Source: Nitrospirota bacterium (GTDB taxonomy: Bacteria; Nitrospirota; UBA9217). From it: DNA of 64,000 bases. Positions 1 through 8,785 of this stretch are shown one piece after another. The position numbers were made by a program, and so were the translations under genes. Numbering within the stretch: position 1 is the first letter of the stretch; each line of letters starts with the position of its first letter. The notes beneath the pieces were generated by a model. The model did no database searches, was not told where the DNA came from, and was given only the letters and a program-made list of their open reading frames with translations. The stretch lies in contig JAOUEV010000011.1 in assembly GCA_029858565.1 (NCBI GenBank), forward strand, positions 1 to 64,000, given 5' to 3'.

Positions 1-43
1 GGTCTGCAAATCCAAGAAAGCCGCCTTCTCAAAAGTTGAATAA
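1..43 (+). CDS. 3' end of a gene, probably a rubredoxin-like C-terminus (partial)
   Basis: Frame 2 reads VCKSKKAAFSKVE-stop, resembling the CPVC..K..F rubredoxin tail; truncated by the window edge. Confidence 0.45.
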   Translation, partial: VCKSKKAAFSKVE

Positions 44-71
44 GGACGTTATCCTCATGGTATAATGACGG

Positions 72-97
72 GCCGGTATGAAGATACCGGCTTTTTT
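72..97 (+). terminator. Intrinsic terminator
   Basis: GCCGGTAT-GAAG-ATACCGGC followed by TTTTTT. Confidence 0.75.
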
Positions 98-175
98 ATT
101 AGCTCATATTGGTGATGGTGTCGTAGAGGCAGATCCTTATATCGCCCCTGCAATTGCCCTGAGGAGGAGAGTTCC

Positions 176-745
176 ATGAAAGTCGTCGCGTTCTTTGGCA
201 GTCCGCGGATCGAGGGGAATACCGACATTCTGCTGCAGGAGGCGCTGAAGCCTGTCCAGGCGGGCGGCCATGAGGTCATTGAGTTCCGTCTGAACCTCCT
301 GAACATCAAACCCTGCCAGGACTGCGGAGGCTGCACAAAGACCGGCGTTTGCGTGATCAATGACGCTATGAAGGATATCTATGAAGCGATCAGGACCGCG
401 GACCGTTTCATCCTTGCGTCACCGATATTTTTCTATACCGTCAGCGCCCAGGCAAAGGCCATGATCGACCGTTGCCAGGCCTTCTGGTGCGAGAAGTATC
501 TCCTGAAAAAGGACATCCCCGCCGGACCCCACGGCCGCAAAGGGCTCCTGCTCGTTGCCGCGGGCATGAACAAGGACGCTGCTGTGCAGTGCGCCGATAC
601 GGTAGCGCGCATTTTTTTCCGCACCATCAGCGTGCCGGAACATGTGATGGTCAGCGCGTTGGGAGCGGACGGGAAAGGTGATGTGCTGAAGAACAGCGCT
701 GTGCTGAAGGAAGCTTATGAGGCGGGAAAGAAGTTAATAAGCTGA
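176..745 (+). CDS. Iron-sulfur flavoprotein / NADPH-dependent FMN reductase (flavodoxin-like)
   Basis: GSPR..GNT, CQDCGGC..TGVC, ASPIFFY..SAQAKAMIDR; GAGGAG RBS. Confidence 0.9.
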   Translation: MKVVAFFGSPRIEGNTDILLQEALKPVQAGGHEVIEFRLNLLNIKPCQDCGGCTKTGVCVINDAMKDIYEAIRTADRFILASPIFFYTVSAQAKAMIDRCQAFWCEKYLLKKDIPAGPHGRKGLLLVAAGMNKDAAVQCADTVARIFFRTISVPEHVMVSALGADGKGDVLKNSAVLKEAYEAGKKLIS

Positions 746-923
746 GTAAGCAGTAAGTGGTAGAGCTGTAAGTAGTCAGTAAGAAGGGCTGGTGAGGAAG
801 AGCAAGGGCTAGTGAAGCGAAAAAGGGCTAGAGGGCTATAAAGAAGGGTAAGGATTAGAGGATCAATGGAACAGTTTGTAAATTCTGAAATCCGAAATCC
901 GCAATCCGCAATCCGCAATCGAA
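746..923. repeat. Purine-rich degenerate short repeats (AAGGGCTA-like) followed by an AATCCGC heptamer tandem
   Basis: Repeated aagggct units at 783-848; gaaatcc gaaatcc gcaatcc gcaatcc gcaatc at 887-920; lies between convergent genes. Confidence 0.7.
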
Positions 924-1187
924 TCATAATGTCATTTTCACCAGTTCGTGGCCGTTCAATTTCCTGTACAGACCATCAAGCTGTTCCCTGCTCGTGGCGA
1001 TGAACGTCGCGGTGATGGAGAGGTATTTGCCGTTCTTGCTGAGCTGGGATGTGTAGACCACCGGGTCCGGGTCAAGGTGCTTCTCGATGATCTCCTTGAT
1101 CGCCGTTTCAAAGGCCTCGGTGTTGTAGCCCATGACCTTGAGCGGGAAGGGGCAGGGGAACTTGATGATATCTGGCTGGTCGGTCAT
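924..1187 (-). CDS. ybeD: DUF493 / YbeD family protein
   Basis: FPCPFPLKVMG, SKNGKYLSIT, SREQLDGLY..L..HELVKMTL. Confidence 0.9.
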   Translation of the reverse strand: MTDQPDIIKFPCPFPLKVMGYNTEAFETAIKEIIEKHLDPDPVVYTSQLSKNGKYLSITATFIATSREQLDGLYRKLNGHELVKMTL

Positions 1188-1213
1188 GAGGAATAATAAT
1201 ACTTCCTGGTGAA

Positions 1214-1510
1214 CTATTCAAATACAAGCTCGTATGCAGCCACAGAAAGGGTGATCGGGATGATGATCAGGTCAAGAGTGGCGCTGAAGGGCAGGTCGAG
1301 CACCGGGTGGTCGGGGGCGGATGCGGTGAACTTTTTGAGTTCCTCCTGGTCGTCCGTTGCGGCGTTATAGTCCAGCCGCGCGCCGCTCATGACTTTCGGC
1401 GTGCCATGGCTGCCGAGCGAGGGCATGGTCCGGATGGTCGCGCAGCCGGAGAGGATAATGGTTGCAAGGAGAATAATAATGAGAGCGAATGCGCGATAAC
1501 GGTTATGCAT
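1214..1510 (-). CDS. YceK/YidQ-family lipoprotein (probable gene cassette)
   Basis: ATG at 1510 directly after the attC; lipobox LSGC; SGARLD and DLPFSATLD..IIP motifs. Confidence 0.75.
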   Translation of the reverse strand: MHNRYRAFALIIILLATIILSGCATIRTMPSLGSHGTPKVMSGARLDYNAATDDQEELKKFTASAPDHPVLDLPFSATLDLIIIPITLSVAAYELVFE

Positions 1511-1517
1511 AGTGCTC

Positions 1518-1577
1518 CTGGAACGGCTCGGCTGAGGGGCGCGGTTTTCGTGACCCTCTCGAGCCGAATGGTTAGAA
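1518..1577 (-). mobile_element. Integron attC site (60 bp)
   Basis: Minus strand TTCTAAC-CATT-CGGCT(C)GAG(A)GGG-loop-CCCCTCAGCCG-AGCC-GTTCCAG: AAC/GTT cores and an imperfect hairpin with two extrahelical bases, 17 bp after the stop of the upstream cassette gene. Confidence 0.8.
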
Positions 1578-1594
1578 CGTGTCCGCACTGTTTT

Positions 1595-2200
1595 CTATCT
1601 AAAGAAATTGTCCCAAACAGAATATGCAATCAGGCAACAAGTGGCCAGCAAAAGAATAACAGCGATAGCTTTCAATGCGCGATCAGCCATGGATGATTCT
1701 GTCGGACGGATCAACATCGCGTATGACGTTCTTAGGCCTGGAGTACGATTCGTAATTTCTGCGATTAATTCGATTTGATATTTTGCACTACCTCTTCTTA
1801 TGAGATCAAATATTGTTGCGGCCTCCTGATCTGCCGGTTCAAGGCCAGAGCCAATAATAAAATTACCTTTATCGGTAAAAACCTTGTATCTCAAATTACC
1901 TTTTATCGGTGTAAGTGTTTTGATTTCTCGCACTTGACGCCACGTGGAAAATATCTTCTTTCTCCAACCATGAAACAATATCCCATCTTCAGTCACCTCA
2001 ATGTAGGTTCTCGCGAGGCTGTAATAGGCAGGAAATGGCAATGCAAAACATGCTGTGGATAGAAGAAGAAAAATTATCTTTCCTGTGAGTGAAGGTTCAA
2101 TAAATACGACTACTGTTCCTAGTCCACCCGTACCAAAACAAAGGCCAAATAGCAGGGAGCGATAATTCACGCCACTATGATAGTCGTATTTTTTCTTCAT
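1595..2200 (-). CDS. AT-rich membrane protein, two N-terminal and one C-terminal TM segments with a PH-like middle (gene cassette)
   Basis: 201-aa ORF; hydrophobic segments; IEVTEDGILFHGW...W pattern; bounded by attC-like sites; lower GC than its flanks. Confidence 0.7.
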   Translation of the reverse strand: MKKKYDYHSGVNYRSLLFGLCFGTGGLGTVVVFIEPSLTGKIIFLLLSTACFALPFPAYYSLARTYIEVTEDGILFHGWRKKIFSTWRQVREIKTLTPIKGNLRYKVFTDKGNFIIGSGLEPADQEAATIFDLIRRGSAKYQIELIAEITNRTPGLRTSYAMLIRPTESSMADRALKAIAVILLLATCCLIAYSVWDNFFR

Positions 2201-2207
2201 GCTCTAT

Positions 2208-2275
2208 TCTGAACTCCGGGGAGCTAGCGCGCGTGAGGAGCGTGGTTTTCGCGACTCACTCGGCGCTGGTTGGAA
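2208..2275 (-). mobile_element. Degenerate attC site
   Basis: Minus strand TTCCAAC...GTGAG-TCGCGAAAACCACGCTC-CTCAC...GTTCAGA; central loop homologous to the attC at 1518-1577. Confidence 0.6.
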
Positions 2276-2301
2276 TCTGTGGCCCTGCCTGTTAAAATAC
2301 A

Positions 2302-2330
2302 TTGAAACAATCCGCTGCTTTTGCTATTAT
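2302..2330 (+). promoter_or_regulatory. Sigma70 promoter of the TA operon (probably a leaderless mRNA)
   Basis: TTGAAA-17 bp-TATTAT with a TG extension; ATG at 2336 with no RBS. Confidence 0.6.
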
Positions 2331-2335
2331 CACTT

Positions 2336-2572
2336 ATGCCGACAGTGCTTGAGGATGGCCCCTATCGTTTCGTCTTTTTCAGTTCTGATAAAGGGGAGCC
2401 GCCTCATATTCACATAAAACGAGAACGCCTGATCGCCAAATTTTGGCTTGATCCGGTAGTACATGCAAAAAATCGGGGCTTTCAAGGACATGAGTTGAAC
2501 CACATTGCACGTCTTGTGGCAAAGCATGCACCGGCCCTTTTGGAGGCGTGGCATGAGTACTTTAGTGCTTGA
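2336..2572 (+). CDS. DUF4160 family protein (putative type II TA toxin)
   Basis: MPTV...GPYRFVFFS.D..EPPHIHI......AKFWLDP...W.EYF. Confidence 0.85.
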   Translation: MPTVLEDGPYRFVFFSSDKGEPPHIHIKRERLIAKFWLDPVVHAKNRGFQGHELNHIARLVAKHAPALLEAWHEYFSA

Positions 2573-2855
2573 TGTAGAACCTATTGCCGTAGATGTGTCT
2601 GTGACGGATGATGACTTGACTGTACATCTTACCGATGGCCGTCGTATAAGTGTTCCTTTAGCCTGGTACCCTCGTCTGCTCAATGCTTCTCCGGAAGAGC
2701 GGATGCACTGGCAATTGTTAGGCGATGGCTACGCCATTGAATGGCCCGACATGGACGAACATATCGGCCTTGAGGGCTTATTGGCAGGGCGACCAAGCGG
2801 AGAGAATCCGCAATCTCTCAAACGGTGGCTCGATTCACGTCGCAGCAAGCAATAG
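2553..2855 (+). CDS. DUF2442 family protein (putative antitoxin)
   Basis: L.DGR.ISVPLAWYPRL..A..EER..W...G..IEWPD.DE.I..EGLL; overlaps the DUF4160 gene. Confidence 0.85.
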   Translation: MSTLVLDVEPIAVDVSVTDDDLTVHLTDGRRISVPLAWYPRLLNASPEERMHWQLLGDGYAIEWPDMDEHIGLEGLLAGRPSGENPQSLKRWLDSRRSKQ

Positions 2856-2881
2856 CGTCAAAGTATTGCGACAAAGTTGTG

Positions 2882-2918
2882 AAGAGGGGGCGCGTTTTTC
2901 AGCGCCCCCTCTTTTTTT
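2882..2918 (+). terminator. Intrinsic terminator after the TA pair
   Basis: AAGAGGGGGCGC-GTTTTTCA-GCGCCCCCTCTT then a T run. Confidence 0.8.
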
Positions 2919-2932
2919 CTCGTACAGCTTCT

Positions 2933-3148
2933 TTAATTAAAACTCACTGCAATGCCTGCGGCATCGTCATAATCATTCGGACCTTGCCCCTGTTGCCATA
3001 CTGCAAATAAGTCAGCCATGCCATTAAATACGGCACCATTGGTTAACTCCGCCTGTATGCTGGTCAACTTGTTATTGGTATCATAAACATTTTGCAGAGA
3101 CCCTGGTTTATGATATGAATAACTTCTTTGCTGCCATTGTAAAGGGTT
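2933..3148 (-). pseudogene. AT-rich orphan 3' gene fragment
   Basis: About 70 open codons (NPLQWQQRSY...DAAGIAVSFN-stop) with no credible start. Confidence 0.35.
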
Positions 3149-3149
3149 T

Positions 3150-3668
3150 TCACTTCCCTAGATACTCCTCAACCGCCTTTGCCCAGGCCTCATACCCTTT
3201 GTTCGCCAGATGCACACCGTCATCGGAAAGATAGCCCTTCTTCGGTTTCCCGTTGTTATCCACGAACCTGCTGTATATATCGAGATATTCGGTTCCATGT
3301 TCCCGGCTGATCTCGGCAAGGTGGCGGTTCAGGTCGCGGATCATGTCATTGTTGATCCAGGGCATGTCAACAGGCAGGAGACTCTGGACAACGACCTTCG
3401 CGCTTTTCCACCGGGTGGTGAAATTCCTGACGATCTCGTTGTAGGGGGCGGTGATGTCGTAGCGCTCTGAAAGGACGTTGTTGATCCCGGTCATGAGGAA
3501 CACGTAGTCCGGATCTCCAGCCCGCTCACGGATGTATTCCCTGCGTTCAAGCATTTCCTCGACAGTCTCGCCGGAGATACCGAGGTTAACGACCGAGTGC
3601 CTGGGGAATCGCTCCTGCCAGTCGTACCATTCGGTGAGGGAGTCGCCTATGAATACAAGATGCGCCAT
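3150..3668 (-). CDS. SGNH/GDSL hydrolase
   Basis: FIGDSLT, NLGISGET, GINN, DGVHL..KGY; ATG at 3668. Confidence 0.9.
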   Translation of the reverse strand: MAHLVFIGDSLTEWYDWQERFPRHSVVNLGISGETVEEMLERREYIRERAGDPDYVFLMTGINNVLSERYDITAPYNEIVRNFTTRWKSAKVVVQSLLPVDMPWINNDMIRDLNRHLAEISREHGTEYLDIYSRFVDNNGKPKKGYLSDDGVHLANKGYEAWAKAVEEYLGK

Positions 3669-3728
3669 AGATGACGGGAGTGTATGCGAAACAGCGGAAA
3701 ATGGCAATAGAAAACCATACGAGATCGA

Positions 3729-3810
3729 TTTTACCACGGAGGCACGGAGACACGGAGAGTGTCGGTGGTCTGCTGTTCGTCTTTCTTCGTGGCTTCGTGG
3801 CTTCATGAGA
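3729..3810. repeat. Gene-less hairpin element of the GxxExxY-flanking type
   Basis: ACCACGGAG-GCACGGAG-ACACGGAG ... CTTCGTGG-CTTCGTGG-CTTCATG; the arms pair using G:T(U) wobbles. Confidence 0.65.
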
Positions 3811-3891
3811 GACACCGGCTTTTCCAGTAAAGGAGTTTGACAAGGCTGTTTCCTTTGTGATACCGTAATTGCATTCGTTCCTCCGCAAGTA

Positions 3892-3983
3892 CGTCGTTCC
3901 CGCGAATGCGGGAATCCAGGTCTTTTTACATGAAAAGAACTACCCTGTTTCTGGATCCCGGCCTTAACCGCACCGGGATGACG
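3892..3983. repeat. REP-like composite palindrome (GTCRTTCCCGCG..GCGGGAATCCAG / CTGGATCCC...GGGATGAC type)
   Basis: Two inverted hairpin halves with terminal CGTC/GACG. Confidence 0.75.
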
Positions 3984-4922
3984 CACTTATGGAAGAGAAT
4001 CGTCCTGTACCCGGTCGCCGGGATTATCATCCTCATCGTTCCACTGCGTGGTGAAACCATGGACCTTCCATCCTATCTCCGCCTGATCGTGAGCAAGCTG
4101 TCCCGGGACATCGGCGTGCGCTTTTATCAGGACCTGGAACGCATGGAAAAGACCGAGAAATACATTGCCGCCGAGTTCGCGTCCTTGGGCTATCCGGTGA
4201 CAAAGCAGTCGTTCAAGTTTGAGGGCAGGACCTACCACAATGTGATCGCTGAACTGAAAGGGACGGACCCGGACGCGGGCGTCCTTATCATTGGGGCTCA
4301 TTATGATTCGGTGCGCACCACGCCCGGGGCGGATGACAATGCCAGCGGTATCGCGGGCCTGCTGGGGATCGCAAAATTGCTCGCGGGCAAACAGCCGGGC
4401 CGCACGGTGCGCATCGTGGCCTTTGCCCTGGAAGAGCCGCCGGTCTACCGGTCTCGCAATATGGCGAGCTATCACTATGCCAAGAGCCTCCATGACAAGA
4501 AGGAAAAGGTGGAAGGCATGATCTGCCTTGAGATGATCGGTTACTTCACCGACAGGCCGGGATCGCAGCACTATCCGCTGCCGTTCATGAAGCTCAAGTT
4601 CCCGAAGATCGGGAACTTCATCGCCATGGTGGGGAACAGGAAGTCGAAGCAATTTACCGATACCATCGCGTCAAATTTCAAGCAGGCAACGGACCTGCCC
4701 TTCGTGACTTTGAACGCTCCTGCGATCGTGGTGGGCATCGATTTCTCGGACCACTGGTCCTTTGGCAAGTTCAATTACCCCGCGTTCATGGTCACGGACA
4801 CGGCCTTCTACCGCAATCCCAATTACCACGCGCCTTCGGACCTGCCGGACACGCTCGACTACAGCCGTATGGCCAAGGTGGTGGAGGGGCTGGCAGGGGC
4901 AGTAGAAAAAATGAACAAGTAG
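3978..4922 (+). CDS. M28 family metallopeptidase
   Basis: GAHYDS, PGADDNASG, F.LEE, LEMIG, SDH.SF, YH.PSD; alternative start at 4059. Confidence 0.9.
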   Translation: MTHLWKRIVLYPVAGIIILIVPLRGETMDLPSYLRLIVSKLSRDIGVRFYQDLERMEKTEKYIAAEFASLGYPVTKQSFKFEGRTYHNVIAELKGTDPDAGVLIIGAHYDSVRTTPGADDNASGIAGLLGIAKLLAGKQPGRTVRIVAFALEEPPVYRSRNMASYHYAKSLHDKKEKVEGMICLEMIGYFTDRPGSQHYPLPFMKLKFPKIGNFIAMVGNRKSKQFTDTIASNFKQATDLPFVTLNAPAIVVGIDFSDHWSFGKFNYPAFMVTDTAFYRNPNYHAPSDLPDTLDYSRMAKVVEGLAGAVEKMNK

Positions 4923-5005
4923 TAAGGGGTAGAGGGGTAAAACACTCTGGCCCTTCTTCTGCTTCACTAGCCCTGTAGCCCTTCAGTTGCCTCATTAGCC
5001 CTTGT
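4921..5005. repeat. Degenerate short-repeat tract, inverted relative to 780-850
   Basis: gcttcactagccct (4961-4974) is the exact reverse complement of 805-818. Confidence 0.55.
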
Positions 5006-5073
5006 TTTTCCCTTTTCTTCCCTGTATTCTGTTTTCATCGGCACTACTTCCCTCGTGGTCCCCAGGAGAGCCC

Positions 5074-7677
5074 ATGATCCTTACCAAGATCCAGGAAGCC
5101 GCGTCGCTCTATCCGGAGAAGGTCGCCATCCAGATCAAGGAAAGCGACTCCTACCGGCAGTATTCCTATCAGGAACTCATTCAGGCAATAGCGTCGGTAA
5201 GCAGGGGCCTGTCGCTCCAGGGGATCCGGAAGGCCGACCGGGTCGCCATTTTGTCCGAGAACCGGCCGGAGTGGGTCATCGCCTATCTCGCTATAACTTC
5301 GCTCGGCGCGGTGGTCGTCCCTCTGGACGCGCAGCTCACGGAAAAAGAGGTCGCGGTGCTGCTGGGCAACTGCGCGGCAAAGGCAGCGTGCGTGTCCTCC
5401 TCCACGCGGGACAAACTTCCCCGGGGCGGGGCGGCAATGGTCATCTCCTTTGATGCGGGCGACGGCGTGCTGTTCTCCGACCTGATGAGGTCCCATCGGA
5501 CGGCGCCCATGCCCGCTGCTCCCTATGACAGCGACCTTGCCGCGATCCTGTACACTTCGGGGACCACGGGCGATCCCAAGGGCGTCATGCTGTCCCACGG
5601 CAACCTTGCCGCGAATTGCGCCAGCGCCATCAAGCTCGATATCATCTATCAGACCGACAACCTGCTCTGCCTTTTGCCGCTGCACCACACCTATCCTGCC
5701 ATGGCCTGCATGCTGCTGACGCTTTCCCTTGGCGGCACCATGACCATGCTGAACAGCCTCAAGGGGCCTGATATCATCGCCTGCATGCAGGAGACCGAGA
5801 TCAGCGTGCTCGTGGGCGTGCCCCAGCTCCTGACCGCGCTGCGCAGGGCGATCTTTGACAAGATCGATGCAAGCCCGAGCCATCTCCGGGTGATCGCCAA
5901 ATCCCTGCTCGGCCTGAGCGGGCTCGTCCGCAGGACCACGGGCGTCCTGATCGGCAGGAAACTGTTCAGCAAGGTGCATGAACGGTTCGGTCCCAAGTTC
6001 CGGCTCATGGCGAGCGGCGGAGCGCGGCTGGACCCCGATGTGTTCACGGACATGTCGAACCTCGGGTTCATGGTGATCGAGGCCTATGGTCTTACCGAGA
6101 CATCGCCCGCGGCGACGTTCAATCCCGTGGGCAAGCAGAAGGCCGGATCCATCGGAGTACCGATCCCTGACGTGGAACTGAGGATCGTTAACCCTGACAA
6201 GACCGGGATGGGCGAGATCGCGATCAAGGGACCGAACGTGATGCTGGGCTACTACAAAAAGCCCGAGGCATCGGCGGAAGTGCTGAAGGACGGCTGGTTC
6301 TACACCGGCGACCTGGGTTACCGGGACAGGGACGGCTACTACTTCATCACCGGCAGGTCCAAGGAGATGATCGTTCTTTCCACGGGCAAGAAGGTCTTTC
6401 CTGACGAACTGGAGAAGTTCTATAAGCAGCTGCCGGCGATCAAGGAGATCTGCATGGTCCAGACCGAACGGGGTCTGGAAGCGGCGGTGGTGCCGGATTT
6501 CGACTATCTCCGGAAGATGAACATCGCCAATGCCCGCGAGACCATCGGTTTCGAGATCGAGGACCTTGCCAAGGACCTGGCGCCGTATAAGCGGATCTCC
6601 GGTCTCAAGGTGTTCAAGGATTCCCTGCCGGTCACGCGGCTCGGTAAACTGCGGCGGGCAAAGGTTCGGGAACAGTATCTCTCCGGCGGGGAGCGTGTAG
6701 AAAAGACCGTGCGCGAGGAGGATATGGGACTGCTTGAAACGGAGACCGGAAAAAAGACGGTCGCCTGTCTCGCGCCGTTCTCGGCAAAGAAACACATTGT
6801 TCCCGACGACAACCTGGAGATCGATCTGGGGCTCGACTCCCTGGCCCGGGTCGAACTGGTGGTAAGTCTTGAGCGGACCTTTGGCGTGGGTCTGCCGGAA
6901 TCCTTCGGGTCTTTGGTCTTTACGGTGCGCGACGTGGTGGAGAAGATGGAGGAGCGTCTTGCCGCCGGGCCGTCGGGGCCGGGCGCGCACGTTCGACTGA
7001 CCTGGTCCGATATCCTGTCTGAGGAGCCTGCAGAAGAGGCAAAGCGGCTGGTGCGGCTCAAGCGAAATCCGCTTTGCGTCGCAGGGTGGGCTGCGGCTAT
7101 CTTCCTCCTGAAGATATTCTTCCTGGTCTACGGCCGCATGACCGTGCGCGGCAGGGAAAATTTGCCGAAGAAGGGGCCGTACCTGCTGACGCCGAACCAC
7201 CTGAGCAATGCCGATGCGTTCCTGCAGGCCGTTGCCATGCCCCTCTCCATCGCGCGGCAGGTCTTCTATCTCGGAGACACCAAGTTCTTCGGCGGGCCGG
7301 TGTCATCGCGCATCGCCCAATACATGCAGGTCATTCCTGTGGACATGGAAGCGAAGCTCTTCAACGCGCTCCAGCTATCGGCATTCATGCTCCGGGAGGG
7401 CAAGGTGCTCTGCGTGTTCCCCGAGGGCGCTCGTTCACGGGACGGAAAGATCAAGGACTTCAAGAAAGGCGTCGGTATCCTTGCTAAGGAACTGAACGTG
7501 CCGCTGGTCCCGGTGGCCATTACCGGTACCTTTGAGTTCCTGCGGCCCGGGAGCAACGTGCCCCGGCCGGCCAGGGTGAGCGTGACCTTCGGCAAACCGC
7601 TCTATCCCGGAGAAATGGGATATGAGGAGATCGTGAAGAGGCTCTACGGGGAAGTGGTGGAGTTGTTGGAGAAGTAA
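5074..7677 (+). CDS. Long-chain acyl-CoA/ACP synthetase - acyl carrier - PlsC acyltransferase fusion (Aas-like)
   Basis: YTSGTTGDPKG, YGLTE, TGDLG (AMP-binding); DLGLDSL (phosphopantetheine site); NHLSNAD and FPEGARS (PlsC). Confidence 0.92.
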   Translation: MILTKIQEAASLYPEKVAIQIKESDSYRQYSYQELIQAIASVSRGLSLQGIRKADRVAILSENRPEWVIAYLAITSLGAVVVPLDAQLTEKEVAVLLGNCAAKAACVSSSTRDKLPRGGAAMVISFDAGDGVLFSDLMRSHRTAPMPAAPYDSDLAAILYTSGTTGDPKGVMLSHGNLAANCASAIKLDIIYQTDNLLCLLPLHHTYPAMACMLLTLSLGGTMTMLNSLKGPDIIACMQETEISVLVGVPQLLTALRRAIFDKIDASPSHLRVIAKSLLGLSGLVRRTTGVLIGRKLFSKVHERFGPKFRLMASGGARLDPDVFTDMSNLGFMVIEAYGLTETSPAATFNPVGKQKAGSIGVPIPDVELRIVNPDKTGMGEIAIKGPNVMLGYYKKPEASAEVLKDGWFYTGDLGYRDRDGYYFITGRSKEMIVLSTGKKVFPDELEKFYKQLPAIKEICMVQTERGLEAAVVPDFDYLRKMNIANARETIGFEIEDLAKDLAPYKRISGLKVFKDSLPVTRLGKLRRAKVREQYLSGGERVEKTVREEDMGLLETETGKKTVACLAPFSAKKHIVPDDNLEIDLGLDSLARVELVVSLERTFGVGLPESFGSLVFTVRDVVEKMEERLAAGPSGPGAHVRLTWSDILSEEPAEEAKRLVRLKRNPLCVAGWAAAIFLLKIFFLVYGRMTVRGRENLPKKGPYLLTPNHLSNADAFLQAVAMPLSIARQVFYLGDTKFFGGPVSSRIAQYMQVIPVDMEAKLFNALQLSAFMLREGKVLCVFPEGARSRDGKIKDFKKGVGILAKELNVPLVPVAITGTFEFLRPGSNVPRPARVSVTFGKPLYPGEMGYEEIVKRLYGEVVELLEK

Positions 7678-7750
7678 CGAGAGGCGAGAGGCAAGAGACA
7701 AGAGACGAGAGACAAGAGACGAGAGACGAGAGACAAGAGACGAGAGACAA
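7678..7750. repeat. Tandem heptamer array (GAGACRA) of about 10 units
   Basis: gagacaa/gagacga units start immediately after the stop codon. Confidence 0.9.
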
Positions 7751-7902
7751 CAAGCCCATTCAACGCAGAGTGACGCTGAGAACCCTATGATGAAAGCTGA
7801 AGAAGAGAAATCCTGGAAGCAGGCAGCGAATATCATAGGCGACTTTCATGGAATTTTCAGCATTGAATGAAGTGTCCTCTTTACAGCAGTCGTAACGCAC
7901 TT

Positions 7903-8742
7903 ATGGACATCAAAAAGATACTGTCATATTTCAGCAAGACCAAGGAAGGCCCTCAGCCGAAGATCGCGCTGGTACTGGGCGGCGGATCAGCTCGCGGTTT
8001 CGCGCATATCGGCGTGATCCGGGTGCTGGAGAAGGAGAATATCCCCGTCGACATGATCATCGGAACGAGCGTGGGCAGCCTGATCGGCGCGATCTATGCC
8101 TATGATGTCAACAGCTTCGAACTGGAGTGGAGCGCCTTCAGTCTCGAACGGGACGATATTTTCGATTACGGTCTGGTCACGGCATTCACGGGAATGGGTG
8201 CGGCAAAGGGCGAGAAGCTGGAAGCCTTTGTCCGGAGCAAAATTCCGATCGAGAACATCGAGGACCTGAAAATCCCTTTTGCGGCGGTGGCTACTGATCT
8301 GAAGCAGGGAAAGCGGGTCGTCCTGGACCGGGGGCCGGTGGCACGGGCGGTCCGGGCAAGCTGCGCGATTCCGGGCGTGTTCCAGCCGGTGGAGCAGGAT
8401 GGACGTTTGCTGGTGGACGGCGGCGTGGTGGACAACATCCCGGTTTCCGTTGCCCGTGAGCGCGGCGCGGACATCATCATTGCCGTGGATATCGGTGTGA
8501 GCATCGAGAACAACGACATATCCAACCTCTTCGAGGTCGTTCTCCAGTCGATCCAGATCATGGCGGCCGAGAACGTGAAAGTCAAGGCAAAGGAAGCCGA
8601 CGTGCTCATATCACCGGCACTGGGCAAGGTGGGTATGATGGATTTCAGCAAGAAGAAGCTCTGCATGCAGGCCGGCATCGAGGCGACGCAGAAAGCCTTG
8701 CCCGCCATAAAGGATAAGATCGATGCCTGGAGAAGATCGTGA
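7903..8742 (+). CDS. Patatin-like phospholipase (no signal peptide)
   Basis: GGGSARG, GTSVG, DGG motifs. Confidence 0.9.
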   Translation: MDIKKILSYFSKTKEGPQPKIALVLGGGSARGFAHIGVIRVLEKENIPVDMIIGTSVGSLIGAIYAYDVNSFELEWSAFSLERDDIFDYGLVTAFTGMGAAKGEKLEAFVRSKIPIENIEDLKIPFAAVATDLKQGKRVVLDRGPVARAVRASCAIPGVFQPVEQDGRLLVDGGVVDNIPVSVARERGADIIIAVDIGVSIENNDISNLFEVVLQSIQIMAAENVKVKAKEADVLISPALGKVGMMDFSKKKLCMQAGIEATQKALPAIKDKIDAWRRS

Positions 8743-8785
8743 TCCCCCCGGGGACCGTTCCGTCATTCGGCAAGGAGAAACAATC

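Noticed and set aside
105-170. Fluoride riboswitch suggested by GGTGATGGTGTC
   Set aside because: The pairing strand and the downstream conserved pseudoknot segment are missing.
3669-3986. N-terminal extensions of the SGNH and M28 ORFs in the ORF track
   Set aside because: They are read-through of palindromic repeat DNA; family motifs begin at the downstream starts.
5044-7200. Long antisense ORFs (718 aa here; also 23439-25172, 27672-28787 and 59276-60616)
   Set aside because: They are shadows of well-supported genes in GC-rich DNA and have no recognisable motifs.
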